From assembly GCA_964291415.2 (NCBI GenBank), contig OZ219920.1, positions 960,001-1,024,000 on the forward strand: 64,000 bases of DNA, given 5' to 3'. Each line of letters begins with the position of its first letter. The stretch's first letter is position 1. Of the stretch, positions 39,459 through 49,861 are shown piece after piece. The notes under the pieces are model-generated. The model was not told where the DNA came from, made no database searches, and worked only from the letters and a program-made list of their open reading frames with translations. The stretch comes from Alphaproteobacteria bacterium (GTDB taxonomy: Bacteria; Pseudomonadota; Alphaproteobacteria; SP197). The position numbers and the translations under genes were made by a program.

Positions 39459-40606
39459 CTACAGGTTCTCCAGCACGTCCGAGAGCATGGCGATGACATG
39501 GGTCATGTGGTCGTCGGCGTCACCGTAGACACTGTCGACGACGCTGAACCAGGCGGCCGCGGCTTCCTTGTCGGGCCGTATCATGAGGAACTGCCCGGCA
39601 TAGCCGCCATGGCCGATCCAGGTGCCATCGGTAAACATGTGATTGCTGTAGGAAAGCCCGGGCCATGAGCCCTCGAAGGGGGCCCCCTTCCTGGTGCGCG
39701 TACGCTCGATGAATCCGGCATCTCCGGCAGATTCCCCCATGACACCGGCGCCACTGCGGGCGAACAGCAGTCCGTATCTCGCCATGTCCCGCGCCGTCAT
39801 GGCGCCCCCTCCGCTCAACACCGGTACGAAGGCGCAGTCCAGCGAGACGAAGAACACCCCCTCCAGACCGGCGCCCTCGATGTTCGTGAGATGAGATCGA
39901 AGAGACCGGAGCCGCTGGCGCGCTCGGCGATCCAACCCGCCAGGTCCGTGTTCGGAGAGGCGTAGCGGGCGCGGTTGCCGGGGATGTCGTCCCTGTCTTT
40001 CTCGAGAGTGACGGCGAACTCCCTGACACCGAATTCTTCCCTGCCCGGGGGTGGAAGGCGCCATCCCATGGCCACCTCTTCCTGGCCATATCCGCGTCGT
40101 TCCCCGGGCCCGGGTGGCGGATCCCACGGCGCCGCATAGTCCTCGTCGAAAGCGAGCGGCACGTTCATGTCGAGAACCTGCTGCAGCGTCACCCCGCGAT
40201 ATCCGCTGCCGATCTCGGGAATCCACGTCTCCACCGTCCGCCCGGGATCGACCCTGCCGGCGGCGATGAGGCGGCCGAACACGAGATTGAGATGGGTCTT
40301 GGTGATCGACTGCATCGAATGAAGGGTGTCGGGGCTGCAGTCGGCTGCATGGGCTTCGAAGAGGACATCGCTGCCTTGCGCCACCACCATGGCACTGAAG
40401 GACGGCAGGGCCGTCAGCCGGGCAACGTCGCTCCTCCTGGCGATCGCCGGATGGTGGCGGTCCCGAAGTGGCAGGACATGGCCCGAACGAAGGGCAAGAG
40501 CGCGCCGGTTCAGCCTGTGGATGTTCTGGAATCCATGGCGGCGGTTCTCCGCCCGGTTCCACCAGGCGAGATTGTCGTGGCCGACCTCGAGTTGCGGGTT
40601 ACGCAT
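39459..40606 (-). CDS. Serine hydrolase (beta-lactamase/NylB-like), with a single-base frameshift near 39890
   Basis: SxxK (MQSITK), YASPN and GHGGYAGQ motifs. The frame changes at DLI/TNIEG, where ATCCTC appears to have lost a C. Confidence 0.8.
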
Positions 40607-40619
40607 GTGATTCCTCCTT

Positions 40620-41087
40620 TCAGAAGATGCCGGCGTCGAGGCCGGCAGCCATGAGCATGCCGAGTTCGTGAGCCTCGCCGGCAAAGCCATCCTGCCATTC
40701 ACCCTTGAGCAGCAGGGGTTCGCTGATGGCGCGCCAGCCCAGGCCACCGGCGATGCTCTCCACGGCACGCCTGGTCCCCGTGCCGTCGAGGCCGGCGCGG
40801 ATGTAGAGCGCGTAGGGCTTGGCGCGGGTTTCCTCGAGGCATGGGTAATAGCAACGATCGAAGAAGTCCTTGAGCGCGCCGGACATGTATCCCAGATTCT
40901 CTGTCGTGCCGAGCACCAGGGCGGCGGCGGCCTTGACGTCGTCCGGCGTGGTCTCGAATGGTGACCGGGCATCCACGGAGAGCGCCTCGGCATCAACCGA
41001 AAGCGCGCCCTCCAGCACCGCATCACGCAGACGCTGCGTGTTCGGCGAGGGAACGTGGCCGATGATGAGAAGCGTTCTTGCCGTCAC
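40620..41087 (-). CDS. Flavodoxin-family protein
   Basis: HVPSPNT, GTTENLGYMSGALKDFFDRCYYP and AGLDGTG motifs. Confidence 0.85.
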   Translation of the reverse strand: MTARTLLIIGHVPSPNTQRLRDAVLEGALSVDAEALSVDARSPFETTPDDVKAAAALVLGTTENLGYMSGALKDFFDRCYYPCLEETRAKPYALYIRAGLDGTGTRRAVESIAGGLGWRAISEPLLLKGEWQDGFAGEAHELGMLMAAGLDAGIF

Positions 41088-41392
41088 GATTCAGCCTTTC
41101 GCAACCGACGGATCCGCGGGGCCGGCGAACGTCGTGTCAGGGCGAGCGTTCGCGAACTCGCCCGGAGTCCGGAGTATCCGGTAGCGCCCTTGATGCTGCG
41201 GGCAGGCATCATCGCATGACGATGAAGAGGGAACGTCGTCGTGACATCACGCGTTCCCCGCCGCTGTCTGTCGCCCGGACGGACGGACCGCGGGGAGCCG
41301 GTGCCTCGCGCCGCTCCAACCCCGGTCTCGCTCGCCCGGGATGGACCCGACCCACCGTTCCTCCGGCCGCAGGTTCATGGCAGTCCCTGAAT

Positions 41393-43864
41393 CTAGAAGC
41401 GCATGTTGAATGTGAGGAAAAGGGTTCGACCCCAGCCGGCGGCTGTGGGTCCGTCGACATCGGAGGGATTGGCTGTGTCGACAGTCAGCCCGGCGTTGGT
41501 GAGATTGAAGATGCCGGCGGCAAGCCGCGCTCCTGCCAGCCCCAGGGGATCCTTCCAGTCGAGGACTGCGTCGTGGCCGGTCCAGGACTCGAACGTGCCC
41601 GTGCCCTCCGTATTCCTGAAACCGGCACGGTAGTTGACGGTCCACACCCCGGTCACGCTGCCGTAGCGTGCCATGAACCGGACTCGGGCCATGTTCCTGG
41701 AAATGGCGTACCGAATATCGTTGCCCGCTATGGAGAGGTCCGTGCCGATGACGTGCCGCCATGCGCCGCTCATCCCGATCTCACCCCAATCCATCGGGAA
41801 GGATGCACCGTACCGCGCCGTGATGCCGGAAATCTCGGTTTCCACGATGTTCGCGTAGCTGTCAAAAATCGTGATATCGCCACCAGTGCGGCTGATGCAG
41901 TTCGAGGCGGCGTTGCCCGTGCACTCGGGCAGATTCTGCATGGACCAGTCCGCAGTGTTCTGTCCCACCAGATCCGAGCGCGACAGCCGATACCACTCCA
42001 CGCCCACGGAGTACTGGTTCTTGCGAAGCTCGGCGCCGACGGAGACCCTCTCGGTCTGCGAGGGCTCAAGCTGCGGATTCCCGGTGGTGCTTCGGGTGAC
42101 CTGCCGGGGATTGGGGCTCGGACAGGCGCGCGGCGGGGCTCCACGTCCGGGATCGCACGTGATGTAGGGATGGTCCTGGTCCTCCGTGCTGTACAGCCGG
42201 GACATCGACGGCGCCCTTTGCCCCACGCGATAGGAACTTCGCAGTGTGAGCATCTCGTGCGGACGGTAGTCGGCCGCAAGGCCCCAGGACTTCAGTGTGC
42301 CGACATCGTCGTACTCGTCGCCCCGGCCGGCGACCCTCACGTCCAGTGTTTCGGCAAGGGGCACCAGCGCTTCGGCGAACACCCCGGCCGCATCGCGCTC
42401 TCCGGCATAGCTGACCCCGCCAGAACCGAGGACCCTGGTGACGTCATGGGCCTGGCCCGCGCTGTCCAGGAAGCGCAGCAACGAGTGAACTTTGACACGG
42501 GATGCCTCAAGACCGGCTGTCCAGGCCGTCTTGCGGTCGCCAGGAGCGACCGCGTGGCCTTCCAGCGCCAACCGGGTGCCCAGGTAGGTCGATCCGAAAT
42601 CTTCGTCCTCACGCAGGCTGCTGTTCGTGATGGCCTGCAGGTGCTCTGGCGCGTCCGAGAAGGGATTCTCGAGGTCATAGTTTCCGTCTTGTACTTCCCG
42701 CCTGATCCTGTCGGCGTGAACGAAGGTCGTGCCGGTGCGCGATCCGTCGAGCCGGTAGGCGTCAACGCGCGCGTCGTAGCCGAGGTCTTCGGAGAACCGA
42801 CCCTCGATGCCCACGGCGACGTCGAACTCGTCATAGTCAGACCGCCAGTCGCGGTTCCCGTGTCCGACAAATCGGTGGCCCACCGCGAAGATGTCGTTGG
42901 CGTCCGCAATCGTGGCGCCGGCCGCGCGGTTGATCGCGTCGATGATGTCCTGGGTTGGGACAAAGGAGAACGTGCCGACCGATGGCGCATACCGAAAGGA
43001 CCAGCCACCCTGACCGATGTTTGCCGTCAGGCGAAACGTGTTCTGTTCGCCTATCGGATGCTCAAGGTCGAGAATGGTCGTGTCCTGTTCAAACTCGGTC
43101 GTGTTCCACATGATGTCGCCGTATGCGAAGCCACAGCCCTTGTCTCCGTTCCGGATTCCCGGGGGATTGCCGAGCGGACCGGTGTAGCCGGCCGCGGGGT
43201 CGCACTCGCCCAGTGCAACCGATCGCACGCCCGTGATCTCGTTTGCTGCATCGCGTTGGAGAGTCCAGACCGTGTTGCCGCCGACACTGACATTGCGGGC
43301 ATCGCTGAAGGAACCACCCGGTGTCCAGGAGGAACGACTGTGCTCACGGGCCCGTGCCGGAATCTCCTGGCGCCTGAGGGCATCCACACCAATGGTGATG
43401 CGCCCCTTCCCGAACGGGCCACCCCAGAACGCGCTGCCCTGCCAGCCGTCGCCACCGTCCTGGCTCGGCATTCGCGTGAGTGCCCGGGTCTCGAAGCCGT
43501 CCAGGGAGTTGCGCAGGACGACGTTGATGGCGCCGCGCACGGCGTGTCCGCCGAGAGTGCCAAGACCGTCGCCGCTCAGGAGCTCGAGCCGTTCGATGGC
43601 CGAGAGTGGCAGGGTATCGAGGTCACTGGCGGTCGAGGCGTACGGCCTCCCGTTCACCAGCACCGGCAAGGGCTGGCCGCCGGTGAAGAAGTAGCGAACG
43701 ATGCCGGTATCCAGAAGTTCCTCAAGGGTCTGGGCGCCCGATCGCTCGAGGAAGTCCCGGTCGCGTTCCGAGACGACACGCACGTTGGGGGCAAGGGACC
43801 CCGCGTCTGCCATTGACGCTGCAAGAATGATGATGACGGGACACAGGCGAGAGAGAATTCTCAT
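41393..43864 (-). CDS. TonB-dependent outer-membrane receptor
   Basis: Signal peptide, plug motif VLVNGR...DLDTLPLSAIERLELL...GAINVV, GNPQLEP, GIFNLT and C-terminal aromatic (FNMRF). Confidence 0.9.
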   Translation of the reverse strand: MRILSRLCPVIIILAASMADAGSLAPNVRVVSERDRDFLERSGAQTLEELLDTGIVRYFFTGGQPLPVLVNGRPYASTASDLDTLPLSAIERLELLSGDGLGTLGGHAVRGAINVVLRNSLDGFETRALTRMPSQDGGDGWQGSAFWGGPFGKGRITIGVDALRRQEIPARAREHSRSSWTPGGSFSDARNVSVGGNTVWTLQRDAANEITGVRSVALGECDPAAGYTGPLGNPPGIRNGDKGCGFAYGDIMWNTTEFEQDTTILDLEHPIGEQNTFRLTANIGQGGWSFRYAPSVGTFSFVPTQDIIDAINRAAGATIADANDIFAVGHRFVGHGNRDWRSDYDEFDVAVGIEGRFSEDLGYDARVDAYRLDGSRTGTTFVHADRIRREVQDGNYDLENPFSDAPEHLQAITNSSLREDEDFGSTYLGTRLALEGHAVAPGDRKTAWTAGLEASRVKVHSLLRFLDSAGQAHDVTRVLGSGGVSYAGERDAAGVFAEALVPLAETLDVRVAGRGDEYDDVGTLKSWGLAADYRPHEMLTLRSSYRVGQRAPSMSRLYSTEDQDHPYITCDPGRGAPPRACPSPNPRQVTRSTTGNPQLEPSQTERVSVGAELRKNQYSVGVEWYRLSRSDLVGQNTADWSMQNLPECTGNAASNCISRTGGDITIFDSYANIVETEISGITARYGASFPMDWGEIGMSGAWRHVIGTDLSIAGNDIRYAISRNMARVRFMARYGSVTGVWTVNYRAGFRNTEGTGTFESWTGHDAVLDWKDPLGLAGARLAAGIFNLTNAGLTVDTANPSDVDGPTAAGWGRTLFLTFNMRF

Positions 43865-44016
43865 CGTACTCTCCAGACAGGCTGGCCATTGAAAGAGATT
43901 CCGACTTCAGACGGACCGGCACCAGGTATGGCCGGATGCGTTCCCAGGCGTGAATCGGGCGCCTGATCGGTGGTTGCGCTCAGGTCGACGGACATGTTCG
44001 TCTCGTCCCATGTTGG

Positions 44017-44161
44017 CATGATGCGGCCTTCGCAGCGTGAATGAAGTCTGCCTTGATTCGCCGGCTGTTGTGCAGACAGCAACGTCGAATGCTGTCGGGG
44101 GCGTGATGGAACGGAGTAGCAGGGAGGCGTTTCCTTGAAGTCATGATGCGGCCCTCATAGC
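44017..44161. promoter_or_regulatory. Duplicated 20-bp motif in the divergent TBDR/dioxygenase intergenic region
   Basis: CATGATGCGGCCTTCGCAGC (44017-44036) and CATGATGCGGCCCTCATAGC (44142-44161), 17/20 identical. Confidence 0.35.
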
Positions 44162-44200
44162 CTGCCATGTCTTGAGGGTCCGCGAGACCGGAGAACCCCG

Positions 44201-45403
44201 ATGTGCCGATCAGTGCACTCGCACGACATCTTGCCCGACCGCCGCATCGTCCTCAACTGGGCCGATGGTGAACGCAATCACTACCATTTCGTCTGGTTGC
44301 GTCAGCAGCACTTTCATCCGGCCATCGGCCGGTCCGATCAGGCGTCTGACGACGCCTTGCGCCTGCCGGATGATCCGGCCTCCCTTCAGGTTGCCTCATC
44401 GGCCATCGAGAACGGCGAACTTGTCGTTCATTGGGCGGGCGATGGTGTTGTCACCCGCCATGATCTCGCCTGGTTGCGGCGCAATGCCTATGACGGGCCG
44501 TCGCGCCTGGGACGCAAGGTGCGTCAACAGACCTGGACGGGGAGGGAGGCGGCGGTCTTTCCCTGGCTGGACTGGGAAGCACTTCTCGCGGATGACGAAG
44601 CCCTGCTTGCCTTTGAAGTGCGTCTGCGCGACTACGGTTTCGCCCGTGTGCGCGGCGCGCCCGCCGGAGATGACGAGGTGGCGCGCCTGGCCGAAAGGCT
44701 GGGCGCCCTGCGCAACACGGACTTTGGACCTGTTGCGACGATCGAGAACCGGCCGCCTTCGAAGGAGGGTCGCTACACCAATCTTGGGGCCGGCGGGTGG
44801 GTGCGCCTCGCACCCCACACCGATGAAGGCTGGCGCTATGCTCCGCCTGGCATCAGTTTCCACCTTGGCCTGGAGTCGACACCGGGAGAGGGCGGCGAGT
44901 CCATCCTCGTCGATGGTCTTCTCGCTGCCCGTCGCCTTGCTGCCAGGGATGCCGACGCCTTTGAGTTCCTTGCCCGCCAGCCGTTCCGGTTCTGCGCCGA
45001 GCGCAATCCCCGGGAACGCTATGTTGCCCGCGGTCGCATGATTGTCACCGACCAGGACGGGGAGGTGGTCGGCATCCGGTTCTCGGATCGTACCCTGGGT
45101 GTCCAGGACCTTGATGAAGCGACGATCGAACCCGCCTACAAGGCGCTGGGCGCCTTCGCCAGGGAGATCTATTCCGAGGATCTTGTCTACCGGCACAAGC
45201 TTCAACCAGGTGAGTGCCATGTCTTCGACAACCACAGGATTCTCCATGCGCGGACTGAGTTCGACCCTGCGTCGGGGCCGAGACGCATCGCGCAGTGTTC
45301 CGTTGACAGGGAGGAATTTCACAACAGCTATCGCCAGTTATGCGAAAGACTTGGACGCATGGATGACGCCAACATTATCCTCCCGAACGGGGCACTCGGG
45401 TAA
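44201..45403 (+). CDS. TauD/TfdA-family Fe(II)/2OG dioxygenase (gamma-butyrobetaine hydroxylase-like)
   Basis: N-terminal GBBH-like domain (FVWLR...WLRRNAYD), HTD facial-triad motif, GGESILVDG and FDNHRILHAR. Confidence 0.88.
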   Translation: MCRSVHSHDILPDRRIVLNWADGERNHYHFVWLRQQHFHPAIGRSDQASDDALRLPDDPASLQVASSAIENGELVVHWAGDGVVTRHDLAWLRRNAYDGPSRLGRKVRQQTWTGREAAVFPWLDWEALLADDEALLAFEVRLRDYGFARVRGAPAGDDEVARLAERLGALRNTDFGPVATIENRPPSKEGRYTNLGAGGWVRLAPHTDEGWRYAPPGISFHLGLESTPGEGGESILVDGLLAARRLAARDADAFEFLARQPFRFCAERNPRERYVARGRMIVTDQDGEVVGIRFSDRTLGVQDLDEATIEPAYKALGAFAREIYSEDLVYRHKLQPGECHVFDNHRILHARTEFDPASGPRRIAQCSVDREEFHNSYRQLCERLGRMDDANIILPNGALG

Positions 45404-45448
45404 CGGCCTTGCACCGGGGCGGCGGATCATGTAGCGCGCATCGTATGG

Positions 45449-45535
45449 GCGGACGTGGCGGAATGGGTAGACGCAGCGGACTTAAAATCCGCTTCCAGGC
45501 ATGGAGTAGGGGTTCGACTCCCCTCGTCCGCACCA
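45449..45535 (+). tRNA. tRNA-Leu (anticodon TAA)
   Basis: Acceptor stem GCGGACG/CGTCCGC + ACCA, D-arm GGCGGAATGGGTAGACGC, anticodon arm GCGGA-CTTAAAA-TCCGC, long variable arm, GGTTCGACTCC T-arm. Confidence 0.95.
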
Positions 45536-45551
45536 CTTCGGCAGCGCTTTC

Positions 45552-46589
45552 GTGACCGGTGTCACGCCATGGAGCGAGACCGGCAGCACGCTGGACTACC
45601 TGCGTGATCTGGCGCACCGGTCGCTTGATCGGTGGGGCCTTCCCTCTGCGACCTCGGTGACGCTGGTCAATGTATCGGAAAACGTGACCTGGCGGCTCGA
45701 TGGCCCCTCGGGGGAACGCTGGATCCTGCGGATTCATCGCGACGGCTATCATTCGAGAGACGGAATCAGGACCGAGCTCGTCTGGCTGCACGCTCTCCAG
45801 AACGACATCGGGATCGTCACGCCCCAGGCAATTGCCGGCGTCGACGGTGACGAGATCCAGACCGGTCATGTTCCCGGTCTGGCAGGCCCCCGGAACATGG
45901 TGCTCTTCGAATTCATCGATGGCGTGGAGCCGTCAATGGACGTCGATCTCGAGGAGCCTTTCCGGCGCCTGGGCGATGTGAGCGCCAGACTCCATCTCCA
46001 TGCCATGACGTGGCAGCGTCCTGAGTTCTTCGAGCGTCTGCACTGGGACACCTCCGGTGTCTTCGGTCCTCACCCGAACTGGGGCGACTGGCGTGACGGC
46101 CCGCTGGACGACACGCATCAGCGCTCCTTCCTCGAAGGCGTCGAAGGGGAACTTCACCGACGTCTGGAGGCCTACGGCAGGATGCCCGGGCGTTTCGGCC
46201 TGGCGCACTGTGATCTTCGCCTCGGCAACCTGCTGCTGGTCGGCGACGACACGCGCGTCATCGATTTCGACGACTGCGGCCTTTCGTGGTTTCTCTATGA
46301 TCTCGCGTCAGCCCTGACGCTGATCGACAATCTCGATACCACCGGCGACCTCGTGGACGCCTGGTTCAACGGATACAGGTCCGTCCGCGCCCTGGATGCG
46401 GACGACCTGGCCATCGTTCCCTCGTTGGTCATGATGCGCCGCTTCGCCATTCTCGCCTGGCTCGGCAGCCACGCCGAGACCGAGCTTGCAGTTGACAGCA
46501 AGGAGGGATACGCAGCCGCCGCGTGCGCCATGGGTGAAGCCTTTCTTTCACGGCCCATCGATGGAGATGGCGTTCTTCCCTGGCTGTGA
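45552..46589 (+). CDS. Aminoglycoside phosphotransferase / type II homoserine kinase-like phosphotransferase
   Basis: NVSENVTW, ILRIHR, AHCDLRLGN (Brenner motif) and IDFDDCG; start codon uncertain. Confidence 0.85.
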   Translation: MTGVTPWSETGSTLDYLRDLAHRSLDRWGLPSATSVTLVNVSENVTWRLDGPSGERWILRIHRDGYHSRDGIRTELVWLHALQNDIGIVTPQAIAGVDGDEIQTGHVPGLAGPRNMVLFEFIDGVEPSMDVDLEEPFRRLGDVSARLHLHAMTWQRPEFFERLHWDTSGVFGPHPNWGDWRDGPLDDTHQRSFLEGVEGELHRRLEAYGRMPGRFGLAHCDLRLGNLLLVGDDTRVIDFDDCGLSWFLYDLASALTLIDNLDTTGDLVDAWFNGYRSVRALDADDLAIVPSLVMMRRFAILAWLGSHAETELAVDSKEGYAAAACAMGEAFLSRPIDGDGVLPWL

Positions 46590-46615
46590 GTTGACGACAA
46601 GAAAGAGGGACTTCA

Positions 46616-47728
46616 ATGAACCGGAAGACGGGATTCCTGTTTCACGAACTCTACATGTGGCACGACACGGGACATGCCGCCCTGTGGCATCGGCCCGGAC
46701 TGACGGTGCAGCCTGGCGAGCACGGAGAAAATGCCGAGACCAAGCGGCGCATGAGGAATCTCATGGACGTGGCCGGCATCCTCGACAGCCTCGTTGACGT
46801 GCGTCCGGTGATGGCGAGCGAAGAGGACATCCTGAGGGTGCACACCCGAGACTATGTCGAGAGGATCAGGGAGATGTCGGCCGGTCATGGCGGTGACGCT
46901 GGCGAAGCGACACCCTTTGGTCACGGCAGCTACGAGATCGCCTGTCTGTCGGCCGGGGGCACGATCGCCATGGTGGACGCCGCCTTGCGTGGTGATATCG
47001 ACAACGGTTATGCCCTCGTGCGACCCCCCGGCCACCATGCCGAACCGGACATCGGGCGGGGATTCTGTATCTTTGGCAATGTCGGCGTGGCCATCGAGCA
47101 TGCGCGTCACCATCACGCGATTGAGCGTTGCGCCGTCGTCGACTGGGATGTGCACCACGGCAACGGCACCCAGCGGATATTCTGGGAAGACCGGGATGTG
47201 CTTGCCATCTCGATTCACCAGGACAACTGGTACCCGGCCGACTCCGGACACATTGACGAGATCGGCGAGGGTGCGGGAAAGGGAGCGACCATCAATGTGC
47301 CGCTGCCGCCAGGGTCGGGCCGGGATGCCTACATCGGTGTCTTCGAGCGTGTTGTGGCGCCGGCGCTGCGGCGTTTCCGGCCGCAGCTTATCGTCGTCGC
47401 ATCGGGTTTCGACGGTTCGATCTACGATCCCCTGGGACGCATGATGGTGACGAGTTCCACCTACCGGCGGTTGACCTCAATCATGCTGGATCTTGCCGAT
47501 GAACTCACCGGCGGCACGCTGGTGGCAAGTCACGAGGGAGGGTATTCGGCCGCCTATGTTCCCTATTGCGGCCTGACGGTGATGGAGGAGCTGTCAGGGA
47601 GCTCGTCGACGATCGAGGACCCCTTCGCCCAGTACGTCGACTCTGCCGGTGGCCATCAACTCTATCCCCACCAGGACGCCGTCATCTCGAAGGCTGCGGC
47701 CTTGGCCGCCGCGGTCCCGGCTGGCTGA
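46616..47728 (+). CDS. Class II histone deacetylase-like amidohydrolase (HDAH/acetylpolyamine amidohydrolase family)
   Basis: RPPGHHA, GFCIF, DWDVHHGNGTQ, SGFD...DPLG and HEGGYS motifs. Confidence 0.93.
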   Translation: MNRKTGFLFHELYMWHDTGHAALWHRPGLTVQPGEHGENAETKRRMRNLMDVAGILDSLVDVRPVMASEEDILRVHTRDYVERIREMSAGHGGDAGEATPFGHGSYEIACLSAGGTIAMVDAALRGDIDNGYALVRPPGHHAEPDIGRGFCIFGNVGVAIEHARHHHAIERCAVVDWDVHHGNGTQRIFWEDRDVLAISIHQDNWYPADSGHIDEIGEGAGKGATINVPLPPGSGRDAYIGVFERVVAPALRRFRPQLIVVASGFDGSIYDPLGRMMVTSSTYRRLTSIMLDLADELTGGTLVASHEGGYSAAYVPYCGLTVMEELSGSSSTIEDPFAQYVDSAGGHQLYPHQDAVISKAAALAAAVPAG

Positions 47729-47754
47729 CACGTGGGGGGCGATGAAGCCGGTGG

Positions 47755-48417
47755 CTACTCGCAGACGACGCCGTCGCCGTCGCCATCTCTCATGAACTGG
47801 TAGGCCGGATGCTCGGCCTTGACCGGCGCGATGCCGTGACGGCGCGCTTCGCTGCAGGAAATCGATCCATTGCTGTTGTCGTCGTAGAGGGCCAGCATGT
47901 CGCCTTCGGACGAAACATCCGTTGTTTCAGGCTCTTCTGCCGGCAAGGTGACGCCCCGTCGCCAGTCCCAGGGAGCGACGAACGCGCCTGACCACATGCC
48001 GCGGCCATGCTGTCGTGCTTCATCCTCGTGTCCGACGTACGCCATGGAATACTTGCGGTAGGCGAGAGCAAGGCCCCGGCGCACGAGATCACCGCCGATG
48101 TCCACCGAGCCGGCGTAGCAGACTGCAATCAGTCGGCCATAGAAGTCGCGGGTGTCACCTTCACATCGGACGGACTTGCCCCCGGTCAGGTCCTCCACGG
48201 CGCGGGTGGCCTCCCTGCCGCAGGGCCAGCCATCGCCGCAGTCCTGGTTGCTCTCGGGAGCATCGATCCCGAAGAGGCGGATGCGTTCGGTGCCGATCAC
48301 GAGAGTGTCGCCATCCACCACCGTCGCTTCTCCTGTCAGGGCCTGGGCGCCGGGCGGCGCCAGCACGAGGGCAAGGAGCGCGGCGCATGCCCTCCGGGAC
48401 CATGACCTAGCCGACAT
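47755..48417 (-). CDS. Secreted thermonuclease (SNase) family protein with an Excalibur-like Ca-binding C-terminus
   Basis: Signal peptide; VVDGDT, RIRLFGIDAPE and YGRLIA (catalytic residues present); C-terminal DGDGDGVVCE. Confidence 0.85.
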   Translation of the reverse strand: MSARSWSRRACAALLALVLAPPGAQALTGEATVVDGDTLVIGTERIRLFGIDAPESNQDCGDGWPCGREATRAVEDLTGGKSVRCEGDTRDFYGRLIAVCYAGSVDIGGDLVRRGLALAYRKYSMAYVGHEDEARQHGRGMWSGAFVAPWDWRRGVTLPAEEPETTDVSSEGDMLALYDDNSNGSISCSEARRHGIAPVKAEHPAYQFMRDGDGDGVVCE

Positions 48418-49833
48418 CCGGACGGCGCGCCGGATTGGTGTACCAGGGATCGGCTGCCTCGACGGCGTGACCGATGCGAAACACCGTCGGATCGTCGTAC
48501 GTGCGACCGACGATCTGCAGGCCGGTCGGTACATGATTGCGGTCGAGCCCGGACGGAACGGTGAGAACGGGGCAGCGCGACATGATGTTGAACGGATAGG
48601 TCATGACCCAGCCCAGCATCGGATCGACGGCAACGCCGTTGATGGAGAGGTCTTCCTTCGTGGAGTCGAACTCCGCCGGAACCGCGGACAGTGCATTTGT
48701 CGGGCACACCAGGGCGTCATAGCGCGACAGCAGCGGGCCCAGGACGTCGTACATTTCCCCGGCAAGTTTCTGGGCATCGAGAAAGTCCTCGCCCGTGGTG
48801 CCGGCGCCGAAGTCGGCAAAGGCGACGGTGTAGGGCATCAGTTCATGGCGATGCCGGCGCAGGGCAGGGGCGATGGAGTTGCCGAAGAGGTGGCCAAGGT
48901 AGTTCATCGCCGCCGTCAGCGCGTCCCACGACCAGCCGATCTCCACCTCATCGACGATGGCGCCTGCCTCCTCGAGCTTGGTGGCCGCATCCAAGGTGTT
49001 CTTGCGCACGTCCTCATCGACCTCGCAGTACCCCAGGTCGATGGAAAGGGCGATGCGCATGTCCTTGACCGGCGCATAGTCGAGAGGAAGACGCAGCTTC
49101 GGCTTCAGTGTGGCAATGTCCCGGGGGTGTGGGCCGGCCATGGCGTTCTGCAAGAGGGCACAATCGGCAACGGAACGCGCCATGGGTCCCGAATGGCAGT
49201 AGGTGTCGAGATTGAAGATATGGGTCTGCGGATTTCGCCCGTAGGGGGCTTGAAGCCGACCACGCCCGAACAACTCGCAGGGATGCGGATCGATCCGGCA
49301 ATGTCGGAGCCGGTGGCGAGGGGGGATCCGCCTGCCGCCAGGGTTGCTCCCGATCCACCCGAAGATCCGCCGGGCGTGTAGTCCGTGTTCCACGGGTTGC
49401 GCGTCACGCCCCAGTGCCGGGTGTAGCAGACCCCGGCGCAGGAAAACTCCGGCGTCGTGGTTCTCACATGCATGACGGCACCGGCATTGAAGCAGCGCTC
49501 GACAATGGGCGTGGTTTCTTCGCCGATCACATGCCGAAAGGCGGTCGAACCCGACGTGGCCGGCAGCCCCTTGATCGTCTCCTCGTCCTTGACCGCCAGT
49601 GGCAGGCCTTCGAGCGAACGGGTGCGGCTGCCTCTGCCATAGCGGGCCTCGGCCTTCTTCGCCTGATCGCGGGCTTCATCGAAGAACGTCTGGCTGAAGG
49701 GATTGAGGTGCGGCGCCACGGCCTCGGCGCGCGCAATCACGGCGTCCATCAGGTCCACCGGCGACAACTCGCGGCTGCGGAACATCCGCACCGCGTCAAC
49801 GGCGCCGAGATAATGAAGATCGCTGGAAGACAT
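48407..49833 (-). CDS. Amidase (amidase signature family), with a single-base frameshift at the G5 run 49244-49248
   Basis: GLPLAVKD, TPGGSSGGS and GSDIAGSIRIPA motifs. KPP-YGRNP is restored by adding one C to the homopolymer. Confidence 0.85.
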
Positions 49834-49861
49834 GCCTGATTCTCCGATGAATGTTGCCAGA

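Noticed and set aside
39880..39900. Flavodoxin/serine-hydrolase fusion or split gene suggested by ORFs 39815-41026 and 39459-40562
   Set aside because: Explained by one serine hydrolase starting at 40606 with a single-base deletion; the upstream extension overlaps the flavodoxin gene in another frame.
41078..43816. 912-aa plus-strand ORF, and similar long antisense ORFs (3671-5467, 8282-10054, 10552-12960, 13053-15182, 22543-24351, 62870-63952)
   Set aside because: Shadow frames of well-supported genes on the opposite strand; expected in high-GC DNA and lacking recognisable motifs.
43865..44200. Cobalamin or other riboswitch upstream of the TBDR
   Set aside because: No B12-box or other recognisable aptamer consensus on the minus strand.
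45449..45560. tRNA-Leu as an integration site
   Set aside because: No integrase follows, and I found no duplicated tRNA 3' end in the window; flanking genes are metabolic.
45552..46589. Phosphotransferase as an aminoglycoside resistance gene
   Set aside because: Motifs fit the broad homoserine-kinase-II/APH-like metabolic family; there is no specific evidence for antibiotic substrates.
49244..49248. Programmed frameshift or phase variation in the amidase
   Set aside because: One missing base in a short homopolymer is most simply a sequencing error or point lesion; no slippery-site structure seen.
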